IMG/VR virus record: IMGVR_UViG_2061766007_000342
Location: 128,001 to 192,000 of that record
From: a virus
Taxonomy: Duplodnaviria > Caudoviricetes
Direction: 5' to 3' (one strand)
DNA length: 64,000 nucleotides
The notes beneath the pieces are model-generated. The model ran no database searches. It saw only the letters and a list, made by a program, of their open reading frames with translations, and was not told where the DNA came from. Position numbers and translations under genes: made by a program. This document shows, piece after piece, positions 31,132 to 42,064 of this stretch (its first letter is position 1; every line of letters begins with the position of its first letter).

Positions 31132-31418
31132 ATCTCCTTATTGATCATTTCATTGGGGGTAGTGCTTAACCGATGATGACGGATTTCATCATACGGGTGA
31201 CCATAACCTTTCTTGTCACGATTGTAATCAATTTGATTCAATTTCTTTGAAGAGCTGTGAAAGATTCACCAATGCTTCTTTTTATATGTAATGCATTGGT
31301 ATTTTTCTGTTACACAACTTCGGGGTAATGAGTTGTCAACATTTTACAGTTGACATCGAATTGAAATTAATATGATTTCATATTCGATATAAGATGATGA
31401 AAGGATGTGCCATAAACA

Positions 31419-31940
31419 ATGGATAAAATTCTGGAACTTCTGGTGGCGATACTTGGTTCAGGAGCAATTACAACAATCATTGCATCGCTTCTCAGTAAAC
31501 GGAAATACAATGCCGAAATCGATCAATTAAAACAACAGATCGATGCTGCACGAACAGATGATCGTATCAAGATCGATGAACACATTCAAGCACAGTTTAT
31601 GGAGATTGCTGATGTGTACAAGGAACAAACGAATCACTTTAAAGAAGAGATTGTTGAACTTCGTAAACAGAACTCTTCATTGATTCGTCAAATCACCGAT
31701 TGTCAGAAACAGATTAACGATCTGAACAATGACATTGATCAATTGATGTCATGGGTTGTGTATGATGCATTGCATTACCAAAAGTGGCTAGAGAAGGAAT
31801 TGTTGAAAGCGAAACCTGATGTTCAATTTCCAGAATACAGAAAATTACCAAAGTTTGTATCGGAACGAATTGCTCAATACTTGGAAACGAACAATACGTC
31901 AACCGATGTAGATGATATTCTTGAACATATTGATGAGTAA
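31419..31940 (+). CDS. Membrane-anchored coiled-coil protein (possibly lysis-associated)
   Basis: N-terminal TM LLVAILGSGAITTIIASLL followed by KRK and a coiled coil. Confidence 0.7.
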   Translation: MDKILELLVAILGSGAITTIIASLLSKRKYNAEIDQLKQQIDAARTDDRIKIDEHIQAQFMEIADVYKEQTNHFKEEIVELRKQNSSLIRQITDCQKQINDLNNDIDQLMSWVVYDALHYQKWLEKELLKAKPDVQFPEYRKLPKFVSERIAQYLETNNTSTDVDDILEHIDE

Positions 31941-31961
31941 CATGCGATTGTTGTGGGGGTT

Positions 31962-32327
31962 TCATCCCCCACAATGATCGTGTTGTTTTTCATATTCAAG
32001 AACAAGCTTTTTCATGATATGATAAGAATAATCCGACGTGATCGTTCCATGATCGACATCTGTGCCGAGCAATAGCGCTTGTTGCTCGAGCATATCATTA
32101 TATCGATTCATGAATTTCTTATCAGACAATTTTATCCACCATGTGTTGATCGCATACAATATCGTCACTAAGACAATACGGAATGCAATTGGTTCTGTGA
32201 TATCGAATAGTGTCACCAATAGATCTGGTACAAGTATCATGAGTATCAAATCTATTCCAAGCATGATGACAGATTCAATTCGATGTTTTGAAACTTGACG
32301 TTCCATTGAGATTGAATCTAACAACAT
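31962..32327 (-). CDS. Two-TM membrane protein
   Basis: GGAGGTG RBS, two hydrophobic helices. Confidence 0.7.
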   Translation of the reverse strand: MLLDSISMERQVSKHRIESVIMLGIDLILMILVPDLLVTLFDITEPIAFRIVLVTILYAINTWWIKLSDKKFMNRYNDMLEQQALLLGTDVDHGTITSDYSYHIMKKLVLEYEKQHDHCGG

Positions 32328-32362
32328 TGATTTATCACCTCCATTCTATTATAATAATATAT

Positions 32363-33903
32363 TTATTTGGAATCGGTTTCATCTGGTTCCCATTGTAAGT
32401 ATTTTGTTTCAATTGCCATTGATGATATTGTTTTAGATCTGGATTTTATCCAAATCTTATCCATTCTAACTGAAGAGTCATAAATATCATAGTAATAACA
32501 ACGTTTACCACAATATCTCAATCTCCACGTAGTTTGTTTAGCAGTCAAAGAGCTAACATATGGCGAACATGATATAATCGCAGTGATACCTGGAATATCG
32601 GTACCAGTACCACATGATCCAATTGTTGTAACAATGACATCTGCATGTTTATTTGCTTCATTCTCGGATTTGGAATTCTTTGAATTGATCGTTTGGATGT
32701 TCAAATCATAGGGGAATGATTCATCATAATTCAAATGTTTATGTAAATAATATGAAGTGTCAATACATAAATCGATCAATGGCATGAATATTAACACTTT
32801 AGCAGATGGGTCACGTTCATAAATCATTTTAACAATATCGGTTACACATTTAATGTGTGTTTGTTTTTTGTCATATTGAATGACCCATTTTCCATAAGAA
32901 GCAGGTGACATTTTACCTCGATAGCCTTCAACTCTGAATTTCACAATTTTCGGGTTGGCATTTGTATTGATTTCAACGACATTATATTCAACCCATTTCT
33001 TAGGTTTGCTTTCTGATAATAGTGATGATGGTTTATAAAACAATGCATTTGAAAATACATGACGAAATATAATATTTTCATTCTTTGATGATCGACCGTC
33101 GGTTGCTGTTAAATATAAATTTCGTTGAATATTAAATACGAAATCCATCATTAATGTATCTCGAAACTCTAAATGTGCTTCATCAATAATTTTTAATCCA
33201 ATACCAAGTACACGTGGAATATTAGCCATCTTATCTAAATCACGAACACGTTTTAATCCTGCTCGGAATGTTGCATGTGTCATCAAATAGATATCATAAT
33301 TCGGATCATGACCATTTGCAATCGCTTCCAATTCTTCAGATGTTTCGATCTCGTGAACATCTTCTGACGTGAGACCTTGCAACTTATACAATGAATCTCT
33401 CCATTGTGTGCGTAATGTATCTCGATGCATAATGATTAATGTTTTCTGGTTATACAAGCAAGCAGCTCTTCCGGAACAATACGTTTTGCTTGTTAACCGA
33501 AACCACCAGTTTTCACTAAAAATATCTGTTGTCTGTCATTGTTTGAAGAATGCTCATTTAATCCGGCAATAAAATTGATAACATCAGTCTGTTCAATATT
33601 ACGCGGAGGAATGATTTCTTCATGTTCATATTTCATTGATCTGGAATTGATTGCTTGTATAAAATTAACGTGAACGTTATTTAATAATCTACGAATATAA
33701 TCCAGATTAACCCCACGATGAATATACAATAAATTGTTTGCTTCATCCAATAAATATCCTAATGAAATAATATCATCTTGAAACTCATCTTCAAATTCCA
33801 GTCTGGAAATTAGTTGAGATAACGGTTCAATAGCTTCTTTACCAGGATAAACGGTATATGACGTTGGACGAACACACAGGGTGAATTCCGTTGTGGTTTT
33901 CAT
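32363..33903 (-). CDS. SF2 (UvsW-like) helicase interrupted by 8 nt in Walker A; appears as two ORFs, 33493..33903 and 32363..33487
   Basis: Q-motif PRNIEQ and GGFG* in the first ORF; KTYC, DEAH, TAT, GTGTDIPG and QTTWRLR in the second frame. Confidence 0.85.
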
Positions 33904-33971
33904 TATACATCACCTCTCTTTCTGTATAAAATGTGTGGGTACCCGTATGACAGGGTACCCACTATATGTGA

Positions 33972-36224
33972 TCACGATATCGTCGCTCGAATTACCTTAA
34001 CGCTAGGCGCATGCTTTGGTCTTTCGGGTGGGATCGACATCGTTGTTGGTGTAATGGAAGATACATTTACAGTTGTGATTCTACCATCAACATGATTCAG
34101 TTGTACAGATTGTGATTGATCAACACAGAATACTGCAATCAAATCATCTTGTGGTGTCATTGTGATAATGGGTTTCAAATCACCAAACTTCTTACCAGTT
34201 GTCAAGAACTTGGAATGATTTACACGCATCTTACCAAGTCTTGTGACATATACTAACAATGGCTTCTTGGGATTTAATGCAAACATTCCAGATACATGTT
34301 GATTTACAACTAAGAACTGTCCTTGTGCATCAACTGATAATACCTTATTCAGATCAGTCAATTGGAAACGTTTACCATATCCATTTGCTGTGTACAACAA
34401 CAAGTCTTGTGATGTATCATGTACTTCCAATACCGATACGAGATATTCATCCGAGTCCAAAGGAAGCAATGGTTTACGTGCATTATTAGATGGGATCTTA
34501 TCAATCGGCATATACTTGATACGACCCTTATTAGACAACATCACAATGTCATTCTGTGTATTGGATACAGCTGCAACACATTTGGTCATTTGTACCTTAC
34601 CAATGGATGTGAGTGTGATCCGTTTGTTGTGTGGAACATTGTTCGTATCAACCCACAAGAACTTACCTTGGTCATCAATCAAACATACTGCATCACCTGA
34701 TACTGGTGTAACATCCGATGACAGATGCTCAGGACTTTCGGTTTCGGCAAACATAATGGTTCCATCCTGGAATATTTGAACAACACCAATGTTTGTTGTA
34801 TTGGTATTTGTACCAATTACTTTGGAACGACGTGGATATCCATACTTCTGTTTGATCTCTTTCAATTCATCAATGATACACTGATTGATCTTGGTTGGAT
34901 CTCCAACAATCTCACCGATAGCATCCAGTTCATGTTGAATGTCATCCATCTTCTTGATGGTCTTGAGATATTCTTCATGTGTTAATTGATACATCTTGAC
35001 ATCAATCATGTAATTCGCTTGTGACGAGGATACATGTTTCGGATATGCTTTCACAAGTGCTTGTACAATGTCAGATTTGTGTTCACATGCTTTAATGGTT
35101 TTGATTGTCTTATCCAGATTCTTGTCAGATAACATGAATGCTTTACCAGTCAGCATGTTGAGTTCTGTCTGTAAGATGGTGACACGACGTAACAACCATG
35201 CTCGTTTGAACTGAACACGTTCTTTGATCCATGCCAATAAGATTTGACGAACATTGTATTTGCGTGTACGATACATGGAATCCACCACAATCATATTCCG
35301 CGTAGAGATCGCAATACGTAATCCGGGAACACGTGTGAACAACTTGTTCAATACTTGATACAAGTTACACGGTTTACAACGAATCACATATCGAATCTTA
35401 TTGTGAATCAAATCGGATTCATCATCTGCTGATAAAATCTCTGAAATTGGATTGGAAGAATCCATAATCTCTGCAAGCTTTTTATTGATATCACGAACAA
35501 ACCGTTTGTATGGTGTATTGGTGAATGTGATTACATAGTTCACATTATCAATCTCAAATGATGATTGCATCCAGAACGTCTCTGCATCCTTAGGGATGAT
35601 ATCACAACCAGTTGGTGAATCCGGTATGAGCTTTACATCAGCTTTCGGATTCTTTAACAGCTTGATGGTTGCATCTGCAATCTCATTCAAGTTGTACGGA
35701 TAAATGTCTGACGATAATGTGTAACCGATACCCGCTGAACCATTCAACAGAATCAGCGGAAACTTTGCAGGAAGTATCGTTGGTTCCATTGTTGTATTGT
35801 CATAATTCGGCACCATACCAACTTTACCATCAAACTCTGCAAACAATACATCGTATGCAAAGTCAGATAAATATACTCCCCAATATCTACCAGCCGCAGC
35901 ATCATCACCTGCGGTTGCAGTTCCACAGTTACCTGATGGCGTTAATAATGGAACATTATTTGCAAATGGCTGGGCCAACCCAGCGAAGACGTCTCGTAAA
36001 CCAATTTCACCATGGGGAGCAATCTCCAATACTTTACCTTGTGCAATGGCAACAGTGACTTTGGTATGCTTTGCATAATTCTTATAGATCGTATATAAGA
36101 TACGACGATGGATTGGTTTTAAGCCATCATATACCATTGGAATGGAACGTTGTAAGTTGACATTGACACCATACAACATTTGCCAATTCTCCGCTAATTG
36201 GTATACGTCATGTTCATTACCCAT
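33972..36224 (-). CDS. gyrA: Type IIA topoisomerase A subunit (GyrA/ParC-like)
   Basis: DGLKPIHRRIL, PHGE, GNCG, catalytic AAAGRY, C-terminal pinwheel-like blades; no GyrA-box seen. Confidence 0.9.
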   Translation of the reverse strand: MGNEHDVYQLAENWQMLYGVNVNLQRSIPMVYDGLKPIHRRILYTIYKNYAKHTKVTVAIAQGKVLEIAPHGEIGLRDVFAGLAQPFANNVPLLTPSGNCGTATAGDDAAAGRYWGVYLSDFAYDVLFAEFDGKVGMVPNYDNTTMEPTILPAKFPLILLNGSAGIGYTLSSDIYPYNLNEIADATIKLLKNPKADVKLIPDSPTGCDIIPKDAETFWMQSSFEIDNVNYVITFTNTPYKRFVRDINKKLAEIMDSSNPISEILSADDESDLIHNKIRYVIRCKPCNLYQVLNKLFTRVPGLRIAISTRNMIVVDSMYRTRKYNVRQILLAWIKERVQFKRAWLLRRVTILQTELNMLTGKAFMLSDKNLDKTIKTIKACEHKSDIVQALVKAYPKHVSSSQANYMIDVKMYQLTHEEYLKTIKKMDDIQHELDAIGEIVGDPTKINQCIIDELKEIKQKYGYPRRSKVIGTNTNTTNIGVVQIFQDGTIMFAETESPEHLSSDVTPVSGDAVCLIDDQGKFLWVDTNNVPHNKRITLTSIGKVQMTKCVAAVSNTQNDIVMLSNKGRIKYMPIDKIPSNNARKPLLPLDSDEYLVSVLEVHDTSQDLLLYTANGYGKRFQLTDLNKVLSVDAQGQFLVVNQHVSGMFALNPKKPLLVYVTRLGKMRVNHSKFLTTGKKFGDLKPIITMTPQDDLIAVFCVDQSQSVQLNHVDGRITTVNVSSITPTTMSIPPERPKHAPSVKVIRATIS

Positions 36225-36253
36225 TTTCAATTCTCCTCCTCAATATGAATATA

Positions 36254-38065
36254 TTAACACAATTGACCAATAGAAAGCTCTTGATCAACTGCGTCAAATA
36301 GTTGTGTCACTGATGGAGCATTCAACCAGTTTGACATCAATGACATGTGATTATGATTTTTATATGCATTCACAATGGGACCGGTAATGTCTTTTTCGTG
36401 AATACGTTTCTTGGAATCTACCCAAGTGTATTCTTGATTGAACGACAAGTTGTTGCATTGTTTTTGACGGAATATATCATTGTTGACAACGCATTTAAAT
36501 TCCAATGACATGGGGTCTTGATTCATACCCATCTTGGTCGATGGATAGTAAGATTTCGCATCTGCATCCAATGCACCAAAGATGATGTTATTATGGTTCT
36601 TACCATTGATGATCAATCCTGTTGGTGCATTCAATGAAGGCTCCGCAACATAAGCTCCTTCATATGCGGTATCATATCCTTCAGGAACTAATAAGCGACA
36701 CGCCTGTACATATCCTTCATTCTCAAAGAAGTATTCCCGTCGATTTCGTACGATATGTGTTTCTTGGAAACATTTGGAATACTGAGTTGCGAATGTATAG
36801 GAACGTGCAAACAATGATCCACAATCACCCGTGTTTTGTTCAATGGCAACTTGCACAACAACGTCTCGTACATTATATAGAATAAACAGAATGAAGTCAT
36901 AATATGCAAATTCGCGGAATGTATACTTCGTTGTCTTGGATTTTACTTTGTGGATATTGGCGATGATACCACCAATGTAATCCAACTTTAACGAACGTTG
37001 TTCCTTTTGGGATTTGCGTATCTGTGCAAAGTTACGTTCTTGACACAAGAACTGTGTATATGTAGATGCAAAGAAGAAGTCTTTCGATGTCTTCATTGTT
37101 GCTTGTTTGTCTTTATCCTTTTTGAAGTATAATGTATGTGTCTTAAATTCTTCTGGTATAAAGAATGACTTTGGATCATATCCGAGATAACGAATACGAT
37201 TCATGATATAGTTGTCATCAAATGGTGCATTCCATGACAATGTGAACCATGGACGATATTTGGTAATGTATGCAAGTATGGTTCGTAACAAGTAAATCTC
37301 TTTATCATAATCAAAGATATGTAATCGAATATCATATCCTTCGAGATACTTCTTATTGTCATCATCAAATGTACGGATCTTTTCTTTGAATTCTTCTTGA
37401 TGATTGTTTAACCATTCATATGCTTTGATTTGTTTATCAAGTAACTCGTGGTATTGTTGACCCAATAAATGTTTCGGGCGTGGTCCGAGTATGAACACGG
37501 CACAGATCTTTTGTTCTTGTAATATGAGTGTTACTGCATTGACGGGTTGTGGTGCATTTTCATAATCGTCCATATCCAATGATCGATCAATGACATCACA
37601 CTCAATATCGAGAAATGCTGTTGTGACGTGTGAGATATCTGCTTGATCGCCAAATGTCTGAATCCATAACAAACGGAAGTATGCATCTTCGGTGAAATCA
37701 GCTTTGAATACCCATGGGCATTCACACATTTTGCGTTTGATATCAAACACTTGATATGCATCTTTTATTTGTTCATAAATCTGTTCCCATTCACCACCAA
37801 TATGTTTGGCAATTGTTTCCGGGATCTTGGACGGTTTGCAATATACTGGATAACAATCTTCAATACGTGCTTGTGCAATCTGATATTTGTTGGTGCGACA
37901 CTCTGGTTTCAAGAACCAAATATCAACAATTGGTGTGATGTATTTGACCTCCAATCGTTGTGTTAATGGATCCCAATAAATCACTTCGAATGTTTCTGGT
38001 GACTTATTATACCGAACATCAAACAATATGGCTCCGGTTGGGAATTCTTTCTTTAAATTAATCAC
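36254..38065 (-). CDS. Family-B DNA polymerase, 3'-5' exonuclease plus motif A subunit of a split enzyme
   Basis: ExoI LDIECD, ExoII WNAPFD, ExoIII YNVRDV, YEGAYV, motif A DAKSYYPS. Confidence 0.9.
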   Translation of the reverse strand: MINLKKEFPTGAILFDVRYNKSPETFEVIYWDPLTQRLEVKYITPIVDIWFLKPECRTNKYQIAQARIEDCYPVYCKPSKIPETIAKHIGGEWEQIYEQIKDAYQVFDIKRKMCECPWVFKADFTEDAYFRLLWIQTFGDQADISHVTTAFLDIECDVIDRSLDMDDYENAPQPVNAVTLILQEQKICAVFILGPRPKHLLGQQYHELLDKQIKAYEWLNNHQEEFKEKIRTFDDDNKKYLEGYDIRLHIFDYDKEIYLLRTILAYITKYRPWFTLSWNAPFDDNYIMNRIRYLGYDPKSFFIPEEFKTHTLYFKKDKDKQATMKTSKDFFFASTYTQFLCQERNFAQIRKSQKEQRSLKLDYIGGIIANIHKVKSKTTKYTFREFAYYDFILFILYNVRDVVVQVAIEQNTGDCGSLFARSYTFATQYSKCFQETHIVRNRREYFFENEGYVQACRLLVPEGYDTAYEGAYVAEPSLNAPTGLIINGKNHNNIIFGALDADAKSYYPSTKMGMNQDPMSLEFKCVVNNDIFRQKQCNNLSFNQEYTWVDSKKRIHEKDITGPIVNAYKNHNHMSLMSNWLNAPSVTQLFDAVDQELSIGQLC

Positions 38066-38181
38066 ACTTCTTTACCTCCTTTATGACACATTCGATATTG
38101 TTAGGCATGTGTCCATAGTAACGATATGTATATGACCCATGAGTATTATTTTGTGTGATAAATGATGAATGTTAAAATATA

Positions 38182-38207
38182 AATGGCGGGGTATAAACCC
38201 CGCCATT
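38182..38207. terminator. Terminator after the tail gene cluster
   Basis: AATGGCGGGG-tataaa-CCCCGCCATT. Confidence 0.7.
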
Positions 38208-38219
38208 ATTTTTGTTTTG

Positions 38220-41200
38220 TTATACAGGAGCGACATTACTCATGGTGATACGAAGATTTGGAATTGTGATCAATTTTGGATTATTGATTGGGACACATGT
38301 GTTTGTTTCAAATGTTATTTTATGTTCGATGAATGTTGTATATGGATACACATAAATATCACGTGTTGATCCATTAACATAATAAATTTTATCATCGAAT
38401 GGTATCAATAGTTTTGTAACATATTCAACAACGTAATTGTCACGATAGATCCGATTAAACATAATCGAATAATAATCCGAGTCAATTGTTGATGTAGTAA
38501 TTGGTCCATGATTATTAACAATTTTTCCGAGATTCACAATAATCGTTTGTGATGCAGTCCAACCATTGTTGTTGCCAGATGCCATTGATAAGAATAACCA
38601 ATAATTGTCATGTGAATTTACAATATAAGGACATTTGTAACATTGCATATTGCCGAGATCGTATATTGATTGTGTAATAATATTTGTTGCATCATTGCGT
38701 GTAAAAATAAAAATATGATTCCGATCATTATAAGACGTATTAGATGTCACTAAGATACCATCCTTATATGAGATTCTTTGATACACATGATTCATGCTAC
38801 TCATTGATCCGTAAACTTGATTCGAGCTCAGTGTATACGTAGTATATGGATTAAAATTATATATACCTTCACGACTGTTCCATTCTATAGCTCCAGCACC
38901 ATTAAATCCATATGGGATTGACTGAGTCCAGGTATATTGTCCATCGATGAACCATGTTTCTGGATATATTATTTGTTGTGTCGTATCCTTTGTGATGTCG
39001 TGTAATAATAGACTGTAATCATTACCGATTTTGCAAAGAATATATACAAATTCGTCAAATCCCATAAACATCGTTTGAGAAACATAATCATTTGGTAGAT
39101 CAAATTCGTGAGTAATAGTTTGTGTTGAAACATCATATATCGTCCAATGATCCAGATCATTACTCGGATCGAATATCAAACAATTTGTACCATACAATCT
39201 TCTCCATGTATTAGTCTTGAATGGTAGCAATGTTTCAGTATGGTTTTCAGTATCATAAATAACAACTTCTGAACCGGAAGATGTACTTCCTTTAAAACAT
39301 AAATATTTTCCAACAGATAATGCTGCATAATTGGAAAGTCTATTGTTTGCAGTTGCTTCTGTAAATGAAGAGATATTGATAAACTCAATACCAGGACCAA
39401 TATCAGCTGCGGGAAGTGTCATGTCAGCCATAAAAAATATCGGATGATTCTCATATATAGTGTTATATTGACGTCCATTTTGTTCGCCGTGAGCTGCCAC
39501 CATGAATATTTGTCGAGAATTTTCGGTATAAAATGGAATTGTTAAACCTGCCCAATTATTAAATGTCCAACCAGCAGTAACAAGTGTTTCAAAATTCGGT
39601 GTGAGAACTGTTTCTGGATGTTCATACATGTACCGTACTGTGTTAACATCAATAGCTTCGGATACTTTATGAATGATATGATTATACAACACAAACAAAT
39701 CATGTGTATCATCAATAATAAATGGAGGTACAGTCATGCCATCAGAAGAGTTAGTCATCTTACCATTTTCATCATCTGTATGTGTTGCATGTTTAGATGG
39801 GGTGAATTCATAATCAATTGCGCTCTTGTCTGAATCGGTGAATATTCTTGGTTTAAGAAATTTCCGAACATTCCCATCTTCATTGTCATATAATCTCAAA
39901 GTTGTCTTATCATATCCATAGCCACCATTCAGAAACCGATCTAAGATGTAATATTTCTTATTACGTTGGGACGTAGTTAATGTTTTTGTATTTTCAACTA
40001 ATTCCCAAGTTGAAACGTTCCACCATGTATTGGTACAATACATGGTATATCCACCTTCATCAAATCCAAGTACAGCTCTGTCTTGATAATGCGGGTTACA
40101 ATAGATATACGCATTACGTGCAACACCATCTGGATAGACAATATGTTCACAGCAACAGTACATCCAATTGAACATGTTATAATCATTATCTGGTTTATTC
40201 GTAAATGATTCGGCAATGTCATAATCATCTGTCAAGTAATTGTATCGATATACGGATTGGATATCCATATCCAATACGGGTAAAAAACCATATCCGTATT
40301 TTGCATCAGCATATCTGTTAAATCCCAATATATCATACAAATAATTGTTGTTCCACCAATCCGTCTTAATGAATGTTGTGACGCTTTCTTTGGTTGGCAT
40401 TTTATATGGTTTTACAAATAAAAAGTCGGTATCTTGTAAAAGATACGCATTTTGTGAAGGTCTGTATTCATTATACCCAAGCGAATCAATCACGAAATTT
40501 GCAAATTGGTGATATTTTGAATCTATTAAATACGTAACAACATTATTTGTTTCATATGTTCCCGTATGATTAGTTTCATCGTAAGTGACCGTGAAATTCA
40601 CTAGATTAGTTTCATAAGCAGAGGGTTGATCAAGAGTATATGGTACAATGTATGCGCGCCCTAAGTTTGCATCTCTTGAACTGTAACCTGCTTCCATTGT
40701 ATAAGATCGATGTAATGATTTATATAAGTTCGGTGTTTGATTGAACTGTGCAGAACTGCCATTATAGTAATTCATTCCAAACAAATGTTTTATATCAATC
40801 GCACCATAAGAACCGTTACTCCACAAACTTTCGAAGAATGAAGAATGACATGCCATTGTCAAATATAACGTAATGGTTGTTTTTTCATTGATACGTTTCG
40901 TGAACGTTGTTTCATTACCATTAATATCATAAATCTTAGAATGAGAGAACAATTTTGTCGGTGCAGTACCCCAGCCAACTTCGTTAGCTGTAAAATTTGA
41001 TGTAATCTGATTGATATTATAATCATATACAGATTGATGTATGAGTATCGTTTTCACATAATATCCGGTATCAGAATGGTATACACCGCCATAATCATCA
41101 TTATGACAAGCATTTGAAAGAATACTGGTTGTGAAATTATTAAACATCGAATTATTCGTAATTGACGGTTGATGACTTGTATCGATACCATTACCAATGT

Positions 41201-41441
41201 ATATCGATGGATTTAGTGAATATCTTTTGTCGAATTCTTGTTGATTGCCATATACCGTTGCAAAAAAGTAATTCGTCATGACATTCATACCATAAAACTC
41301 ATTGACATTTCCACTCATGTCTTCGGTTTTAATTTGATAAATGTTATGCAATACGGCATGATTACCAAACTTTGATTTCATGTTATTTTGGAATGTCTGT
41401 AAACGATTATATTCGTCTTTATTAATATTCAACGAAATCAA
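38220..41441 (-). CDS. Tail fibre/baseplate receptor-binding protein, paralog of 42065..44944
   Basis: 1073 aa, aromatic/Asn/Thr-rich, probable beta-propeller C-terminal half; shares motifs with 42065..44944. Confidence 0.65.
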   Translation of the reverse strand: MISLNINKDEYNRLQTFQNNMKSKFGNHAVLHNIYQIKTEDMSGNVNEFYGMNVMTNYFFATVYGNQQEFDKRYSLNPSIYIGNGIDTSHQPSITNNSMFNNFTTSILSNACHNDDYGGVYHSDTGYYVKTILIHQSVYDYNINQITSNFTANEVGWGTAPTKLFSHSKIYDINGNETTFTKRINEKTTITLYLTMACHSSFFESLWSNGSYGAIDIKHLFGMNYYNGSSAQFNQTPNLYKSLHRSYTMEAGYSSRDANLGRAYIVPYTLDQPSAYETNLVNFTVTYDETNHTGTYETNNVVTYLIDSKYHQFANFVIDSLGYNEYRPSQNAYLLQDTDFLFVKPYKMPTKESVTTFIKTDWWNNNYLYDILGFNRYADAKYGYGFLPVLDMDIQSVYRYNYLTDDYDIAESFTNKPDNDYNMFNWMYCCCEHIVYPDGVARNAYIYCNPHYQDRAVLGFDEGGYTMYCTNTWWNVSTWELVENTKTLTTSQRNKKYYILDRFLNGGYGYDKTTLRLYDNEDGNVRKFLKPRIFTDSDKSAIDYEFTPSKHATHTDDENGKMTNSSDGMTVPPFIIDDTHDLFVLYNHIIHKVSEAIDVNTVRYMYEHPETVLTPNFETLVTAGWTFNNWAGLTIPFYTENSRQIFMVAAHGEQNGRQYNTIYENHPIFFMADMTLPAADIGPGIEFINISSFTEATANNRLSNYAALSVGKYLCFKGSTSSGSEVVIYDTENHTETLLPFKTNTWRRLYGTNCLIFDPSNDLDHWTIYDVSTQTITHEFDLPNDYVSQTMFMGFDEFVYILCKIGNDYSLLLHDITKDTTQQIIYPETWFIDGQYTWTQSIPYGFNGAGAIEWNSREGIYNFNPYTTYTLSSNQVYGSMSSMNHVYQRISYKDGILVTSNTSYNDRNHIFIFTRNDATNIITQSIYDLGNMQCYKCPYIVNSHDNYWLFLSMASGNNNGWTASQTIIVNLGKIVNNHGPITTSTIDSDYYSIMFNRIYRDNYVVEYVTKLLIPFDDKIYYVNGSTRDIYVYPYTTFIEHKITFETNTCVPINNPKLITIPNLRITMSNVAPV

Positions 41442-41446
41442 CTCCT

Positions 41447-42004
41447 TTACTGTGTATTTGTAACTGTTGCTGGTGATGAACCAATATTATACAGATTTAA
41501 TACAGGATAACCTGGAGGTTGTTCACAATGCTCGGTTTCTTTATCAATATAAGAAATGTTACCAATCAATGATACATCATTTACAAACAGAATTCCATTT
41601 GGTTCTGTATATCCGGATGCTGATGCTCGTGTATATGACGTAACACTAATATCACCGACTAATGAAACACTATCTGCAAATAGAATTCCTTCTGGTTCTA
41701 CATATCCGGTACGTGAAGCTATTGTGTAATCAACGTAGGATATATCACCGATAAATGACATATTTTTTGCGAATAAGATACCCTCTTTTTCAGAATACAT
41801 CTCTGTTGATGTTGATGTATAATATGCAACGTCAGCAGCACGTGATCCACCAATTGAACACACATTGATGATCGGTTTGATCCAATATGGTGGACGATAC
41901 AACCCGGCAATGTATAATCCATGAACAGTCACCAAAGGTTTAGTTTGTAAGATTTTATTTGGGACTTTTTTATATGCCTCCGAAGCTTTAAAGATATTTG
42001 CCAA
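41447..42004 (-). CDS. Tail-associated protein with three internal repeats of about 33 aa
   Basis: YSEKEGILF...IGDISY / YVEPEGILF...VGDISV / YTEPNGILF...IGNISY. Confidence 0.7.
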   Translation of the reverse strand: MANIFKASEAYKKVPNKILQTKPLVTVHGLYIAGLYRPPYWIKPIINVCSIGGSRAADVAYYTSTSTEMYSEKEGILFAKNMSFIGDISYVDYTIASRTGYVEPEGILFADSVSLVGDISVTSYTRASASGYTEPNGILFVNDVSLIGNISYIDKETEHCEQPPGYPVLNLYNIGSSPATVTNTQ

Positions 42005-42064
42005 TTTATATCACTTCCAATCAATGGTACAAGTGGGGCTATAATGCCCCACTTGCATGTGGGT

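Noticed and set aside
31160-31275. c-di-AMP (ydaO) riboswitch upstream of the 3D-domain gene
   Set aside because: Only fragments (GGTGAATC, ATCCGTCA) match; the other conserved elements and their spacing are missing
33515-33525. -1 frameshift at A TTT TTA to join the helicase halves
   Set aside because: It would replace the GGFG P-loop with SENWWFRLTS and give a non-functional Walker A
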